From NCBI GenBank assembly GCA_039920285.1, contig JBDSDX010000001.1:600001-632000 (forward strand): a stretch of DNA of 32,000 nt. Direction: 5' to 3'. Both the position numbers and the translations under genes were made by a program. Below, one piece after another: positions 18,061 through 24,773 of this stretch. Positions within the stretch are counted from its first letter, which is position 1; every line of letters starts with the position of its first letter. The DNA is from Candidatus Saccharimonadota bacterium. GTDB lineage: Bacteria > Patescibacteriota > Saccharimonadia > Saccharimonadales > Saccharimonadaceae. The notes beneath the pieces are model-generated. The model saw only the letters and a program-made list of their open reading frames with translations, was not told where the DNA came from and made no database searches.

Positions 18061-19570
18061 GGTTATTATCATCGGTGGCGGTATTGGTGGCTTAGCGACC
18101 GCTAATCTATTACAAAAAGCAGGGTATGACGTGTCTATGTATGAAAAGAATGACCAACTTGGTGGTCGAGCTGGGTTAAAGAAAGCGATGGGTTTTTCAT
18201 TTGATACTGGCCCCTCATGGTACCTTATGCCTGGAGTTTTTAAACAATATTTTGATTTGTTTGGACTGTCAGTCAATAAAGAATTAGGGCTGAAAAAATT
18301 GAAACCAGCTTATAAGGTATTCTATGAATCGCATCAGCCTATCACTATAACTGGTAATCAAAAAACCGACAGCGCGACGTTTGAACGTATCGAGCCGGGT
18401 GCCGGTAAAGCTCTCGCGCGCTACGTTGAAGAGGGGAATCATATCTATCGATTTGCGCTGAAGCACTTTCTCTACACGAACTTCAACCGCCCACTTGATC
18501 TCGTCAAATTGGAAATATTGAGACAGGGTCCGCCAATGCTAAAACTACTTGCTACCTCTGTTCATAGCAGAGTAAAATCCTTTGTTTCGAACCAAGCACT
18601 GCAACAAATACTTGAGTACCCAATGGTGTTCTTAGGTTCATCACCGTTCAAAGCACCAGCAATGTATAGTCTTATGAGCGCACTCGATTTTAAGGAGGGT
18701 GTGTATTATCCAAAAGAGGGAATTTATTCAATTATCCAGTTGCTCGAATGGACTGGCCGCGAGCTTGGTGTGTCGTACAAGCTCAACACTGGTGTCAAAA
18801 GAATTCTTCATAAAAATGGTCACGCCACGGGAATTTTACTTGAAACTGGTGAAAAGATCGACGCAGATATTGTGATCTCCAATGCGGATCTGCACTTCAC
18901 AGAAACAAAACTTCTCAGCGCTTCTGCACGTTCATATCCTGCAGCTTATTGGGGGAAACGAGAGCCAGGTATCTCAGCACTTCTTATCTACCTCGGCATC
19001 AAAGGCTCTTTACCCCAACTCGAACACCACAACCTATTCTTCGTCGACAAATGGAAAGAGAATTTCCGCGCGATCTATAAAACAAAAGAGATTCCGAAGT
19101 CAGCATCACTTTACGTGTGTAAACCTTCAGCAACCGACACGAACGTTGCGCCAAAAGGACATGAAAATGTCTTTGTCCTCGTTCCGCTTCCTGCCGGAGT
19201 CAAAATTTCTAAAATTCAGACCGCCCAACTTACGGAACGTTTTATAGAACAACTATCGACGTCTATCGACCAGCCAGATCTCAAAGATCGTATCGTTTTC
19301 CAGGAAAGCTTTGGCCCTGGTGACTTTGAAACGAAATTCGGTGCCTGGCAGGGAACAGCCCTGGGTGTTTCCCACTTATTAAAACAAAGTGCCTTTTGGC
19401 GTACTCCAAATAAAAGTAAAAAACTTGATAATCTTTTTTACGTTGGTGGAAACACTGTTCCCGGTGTGGGATTACCGATGTGTTTGATTAGCGCAGAACT
19501 TGTCTATAAGCGAATTATGGGTATCAAACGTGGTGGGGCGCTCACAGCAATAGAAAAGGTCACTGACTAG
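18050..19570 (+). CDS. crtI: Phytoene desaturase (CrtI family)
   Basis: N-terminal FAD fold VIIIGGGIGGLATANLLQKAGYDVSMYEKNDQLGGRA, then FDTGPSWYLMP. C-terminal LFYVGGNTVPGVGLPMCLISAELV is typical of CrtI. The start overlaps crtB by 11 nt. Confidence 0.9.
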   Translation: MKRKVIIIGGGIGGLATANLLQKAGYDVSMYEKNDQLGGRAGLKKAMGFSFDTGPSWYLMPGVFKQYFDLFGLSVNKELGLKKLKPAYKVFYESHQPITITGNQKTDSATFERIEPGAGKALARYVEEGNHIYRFALKHFLYTNFNRPLDLVKLEILRQGPPMLKLLATSVHSRVKSFVSNQALQQILEYPMVFLGSSPFKAPAMYSLMSALDFKEGVYYPKEGIYSIIQLLEWTGRELGVSYKLNTGVKRILHKNGHATGILLETGEKIDADIVISNADLHFTETKLLSASARSYPAAYWGKREPGISALLIYLGIKGSLPQLEHHNLFFVDKWKENFRAIYKTKEIPKSASLYVCKPSATDTNVAPKGHENVFVLVPLPAGVKISKIQTAQLTERFIEQLSTSIDQPDLKDRIVFQESFGPGDFETKFGAWQGTALGVSHLLKQSAFWRTPNKSKKLDNLFYVGGNTVPGVGLPMCLISAELVYKRIMGIKRGGALTAIEKVTD

Positions 19571-19878
19571 TGCTGTGGTATTTGATTGGACTCTTGTTCG
19601 CAATTATTTGTTTAATACTCATTGATTGGCGTTACAAACTTGCATTCTTTTTTGATAGCAAACGAACTGCCTTGACACTCTTTGTGGCAATCGGATTATT
19701 CACCGTGTGGGACGTGCTGGGTATTCGTCTTCATATATTTTTTCACGGTGGGTCAGACTTTACGTTACCTATTCGATTGGCGCCAGAATTTCCACTTGAG
19801 GAACTTTTCTTCCTATTCCTTCTGACCTATGTCACGTTAATTGTGTATCGGTTCTTACAAAAAGGTAAAAAAGCATGA
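19570..19878 (+). CDS. Lycopene-cyclase-domain small subunit (CrtYc/CrtYe-like)
   Basis: 102-aa, 3-TM protein. The GTG start shares 1 nt with the crtI stop. Its position and size match heterodimeric carotenoid cyclase subunits, and PLEELFFLFLLTYVTL resembles the P-x-EE motif of the lycopene-cyclase domain. Confidence 0.72.
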   Translation: MLWYLIGLLFAIICLILIDWRYKLAFFFDSKRTALTLFVAIGLFTVWDVLGIRLHIFFHGGSDFTLPIRLAPEFPLEELFFLFLLTYVTLIVYRFLQKGKKA

Positions 19879-20165
19879 CCTACCTTATATTGAATATATT
19901 ATTTCTTGCGACATTGATATTTTTCATTCCAAATACATTTAAAAAACCAACCAAACAGTGGTGGATTCTTCTTGCGGCTGTTCTCTTATTAACCGCTGTC
20001 TTTGACCCCATCATTATTGCGCTTCATATTGTGGCCTATGATCCAACGAACATTCTCGGTATCTATTGGTTTGGCGCACCAATTGAAGATTTCTTTTACG
20101 CACTCTATGCAGTACTATTAATTCCATTAGCATGGCAAAAAATTGGAGCCTCACGTGGTAAATAA
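19875..20165 (+). CDS. Lycopene-cyclase-domain small subunit (CrtYd/CrtYf-like)
   Basis: 96-aa, 3-TM protein with an ATGA overlap with the previous gene. GAPIEDFFYALYAVLLI matches the P-x-E(E/D) cyclase-domain motif. It forms a pair with the preceding subunit. Confidence 0.72.
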   Translation: MTYLILNILFLATLIFFIPNTFKKPTKQWWILLAAVLLLTAVFDPIIIALHIVAYDPTNILGIYWFGAPIEDFFYALYAVLLIPLAWQKIGASRGK

Positions 20166-21000
20166 ATTACTCAAATTGTTCAAAGTCTCTCGTCCTATTT
20201 CATGGATCAATACCGCATATCCATTCTTAGCCGCATATTTAGTTGTCGGAGGTCAGATTGATCTCGTCTTCATATTAGGGAGTATTTTCTTTTTCATCCC
20301 TTATAACATTTTGATGTACGGCATTAATGATGTATTTGATTATGAATCTGATGTCCAAAATCCTCGAAAAGGAACGATTGAAGGAGCGGTTGAATCGAAG
20401 CAATTTCACCCTTACATCATTAAAGCTTCATTAATTTCGACGATTCCATTTGTCATTGCTCTGGCATTTTTAATACCTTGGTATGCAACACTGACACTTC
20501 TCGTCGTGCTATTCTTTGTCGTTGCATACAGTGTCAAAGGGCTGCGTTTTAAAGAAATCCCCGTACTCGATTCAATCACCAGCAGTATGCACTTCATCGG
20601 TCCACTTCTGGTAGCTCTCGCTATTTTTGACTGGCCATCACAAGCTTGGCCAATAGTCATTGCATTCTTTCTATGGGGTATGGCGAGCCATGCATTCGGT
20701 GCTGTTCAAGACATTATTCCTGATCGAAAAGGGAAGTTGAAGTCTATCGCAACCGTACTGGGAGCGCGCATCACTGTTGGCTTCAGCTTCTTACTCTACA
20801 TCGTTAGTTCGATGATCATAAGTATTAATGGCAATGAGATATTTATCGGTATCGTTGGGTTACTCTACGCGCTCAATGTCTTGCCGTACCTACACGTCAG
20901 TGACAAGACATCAGCAACAACCAATAAAGGCTGGCGACGATTCATTTGGATTAATTATATCGTTGGTGCGGTTATCACACTCACGTTACTGTTTGTCTAA
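20143..21000 (+). CDS. UbiA-family prenyltransferase (lycopene-elongase CrtEb/LyeJ-like)
   Basis: UbiA motifs NDVFDYESD (NDxxDxxxD), YSVKGLRFKEIPVLDS, and a second Asp motif VQDIIPDRKGKLKSIA. About 8 TM helices. It is the last gene of the crt operon and overlaps the previous gene. The start is TTG 20143 or GTG 20155. Confidence 0.8.
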   Translation: MEPHVVNKLLKLFKVSRPISWINTAYPFLAAYLVVGGQIDLVFILGSIFFFIPYNILMYGINDVFDYESDVQNPRKGTIEGAVESKQFHPYIIKASLISTIPFVIALAFLIPWYATLTLLVVLFFVVAYSVKGLRFKEIPVLDSITSSMHFIGPLLVALAIFDWPSQAWPIVIAFFLWGMASHAFGAVQDIIPDRKGKLKSIATVLGARITVGFSFLLYIVSSMIISINGNEIFIGIVGLLYALNVLPYLHVSDKTSATTNKGWRRFIWINYIVGAVITLTLLFV

Positions 21001-21003
21001 GAG

Positions 21004-21243
21004 TTAGTTACACTTGGTAATCAAACGAAGGTTTGAGATGTACTGTTCAGGATTCACGGCTGGATGTTCACTGAGATATTTCATGTGTCGATCAACGAAC
21101 AACATATCAAGCGGTGCTGTGATAGGTGAGTACGTCGACTTGGTATTAAAACCAGGATCATCAGCCATTTGTTGCAAAATAACTCGGATTTGTTCAGCCT
21201 GGTCGGATGCCAAGAATGCTTTCATTCGAAGAGAATGTGCCAT
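21004..21243 (-). CDS. Hypothetical 79-aa protein
   Basis: ATG preceded by AAGGAG 9 nt upstream (CAAAGGAGCTCGTTTAAATG on the minus strand). It is convergent with crtEb, with only 3 nt between the stops. I recognise no family. Confidence 0.6.
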   Translation of the reverse strand: MAHSLRMKAFLASDQAEQIRVILQQMADDPGFNTKSTYSPITAPLDMLFVDRHMKYLSEHPAVNPEQYISNLRLITKCN

Positions 21244-21475
21244 TTAAACGAGCTCCTTTGTGTAGTTGGTCGTGCGTCGTTCGTTCGATAGAATCATTGT
21301 GGCCCCTTGTAGATTACTCGCCGAAAGAATTAAGTGCAGTAGCGATAGTAGCGCAACTTAAGAATTTAGCTATATCTAGAATAACATCGTCAGAGGATTT
21401 TGTCCATTTTACAGGGGAGAATTCATTTTTTTGTGGTATGATGGATCAATAGTCTAAAAGATTGGATTAAGAAAC

Positions 21476-21565
21476 ATGGCCAAACACAAGAACTGGCATG
21501 GAGCTGCGCGAAAACGCCTCCTGAAAAAGAAGCTGAAATCATTGAAATTGAAGCTAGAAAAATAG
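21476..21565 (+). CDS. Candidate small ORF: 29-aa Lys/Arg-rich peptide (MAKHKNWHGAARKRLLKKKLKSLKLKLEK). It could instead be an sRNA.
   Basis: Own extended -10 TGgTATGAT (21434-21442) about 35 nt upstream, and a strong terminator overlapping the stop. There is no convincing SD. It resembles the second small ORF at 31847. Confidence 0.3.
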   Translation: MAKHKNWHGAARKRLLKKKLKSLKLKLEK

Positions 21566-21593
21566 GTGCTCAACTGAGTACCTATTTTTATTT
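21561..21593. terminator. Bidirectional rho-independent terminator
   Basis: AATAGGTGCTC (21561-21571) pairs with GAGTACCTATT (21576-21586), including one G-U pair, across a 4-nt loop. It is flanked by an A-run upstream and TTTATTT downstream, and lies between the small ORF and the convergent 156-aa gene. Confidence 0.75.
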
Positions 21594-22062
21594 AGACGCC
21601 GTATCCTTCTCGCTCTAACGCACGTTTGATCGCTTTCTCCTGCTTCTCAACCGCATAGTCGCCGATAGTGGCGGCTAATCTTTTTACACGAGCAATATGT
21701 GCCGTTTCAACGCCTTCACCCGTCACACGCCAATTAAATCCACCCTCGTGTTCAAAAGAAAAGCTAGTGATTGGTTCACGAAAGACTTCAACCGATCCGG
21801 CAAGATAATTCATACCACTGGGGTCTTCTTCATGGTAACTATAGTCATTAATCCAAACTTGAATTGGCCGCCCATCTTGACGTGCAATAAGTAGTTCATC
21901 ATCTTGTCGTGTCAACTCAAGACGAGCAATGGCATTATCCCTATTCGTATGAATATGAGCGATCTGAAGAATATCGCGAAACGTCGGAACACCCAGAGTC
22001 GAAGTCCCAGGTATAATTTTTGATAAGTCAGGAGATGAAAATATCTCTCTTCGATCGGTCAT
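21592..22062 (-). CDS. Hypothetical 156-aa protein
   Basis: Intact ORF bounded by terminators on both sides, with non-repetitive, balanced composition. I recognise no motif. Confidence 0.65.
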   Translation of the reverse strand: MTDRREIFSSPDLSKIIPGTSTLGVPTFRDILQIAHIHTNRDNAIARLELTRQDDELLIARQDGRPIQVWINDYSYHEEDPSGMNYLAGSVEVFREPITSFSFEHEGGFNWRVTGEGVETAHIARVKRLAATIGDYAVEKQEKAIKRALEREGYGV

Positions 22063-22116
22063 AATGAAATATCATAACACCTTAACTTTTCAAAAGCTAA
22101 TGACAAAAGGAAAACA

Positions 22117-22136
22117 CCCCGTCACATTCGACGGGG
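22117..22136 (-). terminator. Rho-independent terminator of the beta-helix gene
   Basis: CCCCGTC (22117-22123) pairs with GACGGGG (22130-22136) across a 6-nt loop. On the minus strand it is followed by TGTTTTCCTTTTGT. Confidence 0.7.
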
Positions 22137-22174
22137 GTTCTCCTATCGAGTGGCGGGGTGTGTGCGTGACACGT

Positions 22175-22768
22175 CTACGAACGACGCAACAGAGACAAGA
22201 AGCTGGGCTTCTTGTCATCAGAGCGAGGTGTGCTCAACTGGACACGCTTGCCGGCCTTGATCGTCTCTCCGGTGTTCAGAGTGACATACCTGTCGATGAT
22301 CACCCGAGGGCCAAGGACGACATCACGACCAAAGGTCGTGTGATCGCCGATCCAGGCATTCCTGGCGATAGTGAGCTTGTCACCGGCGCTGAAGCCCATG
22401 CCAACGAGAACATTGTTCTCGATGCGGCTGTGAGCGCCGATTCTTGCTCCCGATCCAAGGATGACATTGTTGCCGACGATGATGTGGAAGTCCATGAAGG
22501 CATTGCCCTCGAGAACGACGTCGTCGCCGAGAGTTACTTCCGTAAGGATGCTCTTCTCACCGATCTCGGTGCGGTCACCGATGACGACTTCCATGAACTG
22601 GCAGCCGTCCTTGATGATGACATCGTCACCGATGTGAACATCGTCTTTGAACCAGACGTTGCTACCGATCGTGACGCGCTCACCGACAGTGAAGCGTCCG
22701 CCGATCTTCACCTGGACAACGGTGTTGTCAGGGTTGGTGTGGCGATATGTTTCAAGAACTGCAGTCAT
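22175..22768 (-). CDS. Hexapeptide-repeat (left-handed beta-helix) protein, possible acyltransferase; high-GC
   Basis: Almost the whole 197-aa protein is made of imperfect hexapeptide repeats (VTIGSNVWFKDDVHIGDDVIIKDGCQF ... IVGNNVILGSGARIGAHSRIENNVLVGMG ... IARNAWIGDHTTFGRDVVLGPRVIID). I prefer ATG 22768, which has GGGGGA 9 nt upstream and a TTGACT-17-TAATAT promoter at 22858-22830. The longer ORF-track start at 22858 would begin inside that promoter's -35 box. Confidence 0.75.
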   Translation of the reverse strand: MTAVLETYRHTNPDNTVVQVKIGGRFTVGERVTIGSNVWFKDDVHIGDDVIIKDGCQFMEVVIGDRTEIGEKSILTEVTLGDDVVLEGNAFMDFHIIVGNNVILGSGARIGAHSRIENNVLVGMGFSAGDKLTIARNAWIGDHTTFGRDVVLGPRVIIDRYVTLNTGETIKAGKRVQLSTPRSDDKKPSFLSLLRRS

Positions 22769-22829
22769 AATGGAATTCCCCCAAATGTTGCGTGTCGATT
22801 TGTTAAGGCGTAGATGGTCTACGATGTAC

Positions 22830-22858
22830 ATATTACCATAAACGTGATGAAAAGTCAA
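22830..22858 (-). promoter_or_regulatory. Sigma-70-type promoter TTGACT-17-TAATAT for the beta-helix gene
   Basis: On the minus strand, TTGACT lies at 22858-22853 and TAATAT at 22835-22830, with a 17-nt spacer. Confidence 0.55.
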
Positions 22859-22860
22859 TA

Positions 22861-23454
22861 CTAACGCGTGCGTTTAACAGGGGTACCGCGTGTCGTCAGT
22901 TGGCGTGTAATAAGGAATACTGCGAAGATTCCGTTGATCAAGAAAAGTGTTATCGGGTAGAGCGCGGTATTGAGGGTAAACGTATTTAACGCAAATAACG
23001 CTAAAAAGAATTTTGTCCCATTTAGTGCAAAAGTAATTGCAGTTTCTTCGTGAGCATTCTTAAGGGATTTACGAAACGTCGGAATCATTCCAACGATGAA
23101 AATCGTACATGCAAGTATAACAGTGAAGATATCGTTACTATCTTGACCCCAAAGAACAAGTACAACCATTGCGACTGCGAGACACATCCAATCAAGCCGT
23201 GTGATCTTTTTTTCACCATACTTGAACGCAGATAAGAAGATAGCAAAGTCAGCAAAGGCAGCGACGCCTGTCACCCATGCTCCTGGTCCCGCACCGTGTG
23301 CTAGTTGTTGAATACAGATGACTGTATTAAGAGTTCCCCAGACCAACCAAGATATAGCATGAGGTTTAGTTTTTCTTTTGAAAATATCACGAAAGTATAA
23401 GCTGTAGCTGACAATGGCAATGAGAACGGAGATAAGACCGATTAAAGTGGTCAT
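22861..23454 (-). CDS. Hypothetical polytopic membrane protein (about 6 TM)
   Basis: 197 aa and hydrophobic throughout. Its start has a 4-nt ATGA overlap with the upstream gene. No family assigned. Confidence 0.7.
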   Translation of the reverse strand: MTTLIGLISVLIAIVSYSLYFRDIFKRKTKPHAISWLVWGTLNTVICIQQLAHGAGPGAWVTGVAAFADFAIFLSAFKYGEKKITRLDWMCLAVAMVVLVLWGQDSNDIFTVILACTIFIVGMIPTFRKSLKNAHEETAITFALNGTKFFLALFALNTFTLNTALYPITLFLINGIFAVFLITRQLTTRGTPVKRTR

Positions 23455-23987
23455 GCAGACGGTTCTTCTTTGGAGCGTGCTCTGCGAATCACGAGAAGTC
23501 GAATGATGACATAGGTTGTAGTGACAAACGCGGTGACAATAATAGTTGCGATCATTTGATAATACGTTACTGCTGTTTTGAAAACAGGAACGGCCGGGTT
23601 GGATGTTCCGGAGGTTATTTGCGGCGTTAATGTCGGACAGACCAATGTTTCGTCTACAGAAGCACTACTCGGGGCCACATAGGTGGTGCCTGTAGACACA
23701 CAGCCGAGCGTCGTCGCTGGAGTGAGGGACAAACACAAGCTTGGCTGAAAAACACCATTATCTACTGGCTGGACCGACAGGTCGGCACACATCTTTACGT
23801 CGGCGTATTTCTTGACTGTTTCATATTCAGGATGAATGACATTAACGATAAATGGACTGATTAAGAGGTAGGTAATGAGACCAAAAAAAGCCATAGCAAT
23901 TAAAAGCAAAGGCGTGAGTACCCTTGTGATCGCATGTTTCCGCTCATTTCCAGATACAAATATCCAGATATCTTCCATTGAAACCAT
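23451..23987 (-). CDS. Hypothetical bitopic membrane protein with a Cys-containing extracytoplasmic domain
   Basis: N-terminal TM (LTPLLLIAMAFFGLITYLLISPFIV), a middle domain with 4 Cys and Ser/Thr-rich stretches, and a C-terminal TM (MIATIIVTAFVTTTYVIIRLLVI). Its start lies 5 nt after the upstream stop. Confidence 0.62.
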   Translation of the reverse strand: MVSMEDIWIFVSGNERKHAITRVLTPLLLIAMAFFGLITYLLISPFIVNVIHPEYETVKKYADVKMCADLSVQPVDNGVFQPSLCLSLTPATTLGCVSTGTTYVAPSSASVDETLVCPTLTPQITSGTSNPAVPVFKTAVTYYQMIATIIVTAFVTTTYVIIRLLVIRRARSKEEPSA

Positions 23988-23992
23988 ATGCT

Positions 23993-24727
23993 TTATCCTA
24001 GCACGTCAAAGTGATTAAATAGTTCAACCCATTGATGAAGTTTCATCTGTGACGGTTTGATACCCTCAGGGAGGCCTATTTCTTGACGGGGCATCTGGGC
24101 AAATATCTTTGGATCCGAAAATGAACCTTCGATGAACTTACGATACTTGGCCATCTTCTTCAAAGGTATAAATGGCTCATCGCGACGTTTGATTTCAATG
24201 AGTGCAGTATCGACATTCGGGTGAGGGAAATAATCGGTTCGTTTAAGCGGGCGTCGAATGCGTACACCAAAGGTTGGACCAATCATCATACCCAATGCAC
24301 CAGTAAAGCGATCTGAGTTTGGGAGCAATTTATTCGCGAACTGCTTTTGAACAATTAAATAAGCGACAACAGGAGGGTGGGGGTCTTCGGTAATTTTATG
24401 AACAATTGGTGAACTGAGGTGAAAGGGGATATTGGCAAAAATCTTATACGGCTTTGCAGGTAGCTGCATCTCAAGAAAGTCAGCTTCAGTTACAAAGACA
24501 TTTGGATAGCGTTCCATATTTTCGCGGAGCTTTTCGGCCATGCGTGGCTCAAACTCAATCGCCTCAACACGTTTTGCCCGCGTTGAGAGGACTGCAGTGA
24601 TGGCACCGCTCCCAGCTCCAATATCATAGACAACATCGTTTGGTTTAATCGACGTGTGGCCTATAAGCTCTTTAATAAACTCCGGACTTCGAAGGAAATA
24701 CTGTGAATAATGTGAAAGGCGTTTCAT
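23993..24727 (-). CDS. Erm-like rRNA adenine N6-methyltransferase (RsmA/Erm superfamily)
   Basis: 244 aa. SQYFL (QNF-like) start, SAM site DIGAGSGAIT, EFEPRMAEKL, and catalytic PYKIFANIPFHLSSPIVHKI. These parallel ErmC as I recall it (YKIFGNIPYNISTDIIRKI), as do the length, LIVQKQFANKLL and the C-terminal WVELFNHF. RsmA/KsgA is usually longer, with a GNLPYNISTP motif. Confidence 0.78.
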   Translation of the reverse strand: MKRLSHYSQYFLRSPEFIKELIGHTSIKPNDVVYDIGAGSGAITAVLSTRAKRVEAIEFEPRMAEKLRENMERYPNVFVTEADFLEMQLPAKPYKIFANIPFHLSSPIVHKITEDPHPPVVAYLIVQKQFANKLLPNSDRFTGALGMMIGPTFGVRIRRPLKRTDYFPHPNVDTALIEIKRRDEPFIPLKKMAKYRKFIEGSFSDPKIFAQMPRQEIGLPEGIKPSQMKLHQWVELFNHFDVLG

Positions 24728-24773
24728 CTCTGTAGATAAGTATACCGAAAAAGGGAATAAATAGCCCTAAATG

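Noticed and set aside
20143-21000. The 285-aa membrane protein as the missing Brp/Blh beta-carotene dioxygenase
   Set aside because: It carries the two Asp-rich UbiA prenyltransferase motifs (NDVFDYESD, DIIPD) rather than the conserved His set of Brp/Blh. I therefore call it elongase-like.
22175-22768. The beta-helix protein as a Vat/CatB-type xenobiotic acetyltransferase, forming an MLS resistance cluster with the Erm-like gene
   Set aside because: The idea is attractive because erm and vat genes co-occur on resistance plasmids. However, I cannot see the XAT hallmark loop (the N-H-x-x-D-G-S-T-Y-P-F-like segment). The gene also has its own promoter and terminator and a different GC content, so co-function is unsupported.
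22064-22813. 249-aa plus-strand ORF
   Set aside because: It is the mirror frame of the hexapeptide-repeat gene. The translation is Asp/Val/Ala-rich without repeat logic, whereas the minus frame shows textbook left-handed beta-helix repeats plus a promoter, SD and terminator.
23993-24727. Assignment as housekeeping RsmA/KsgA
   Set aside because: Its length (244 aa), its F-A-N-I-P-F catalytic context and its C-terminal domain look closer to Erm as I recall it. This is not fully excluded and is recorded as a check in the findings.
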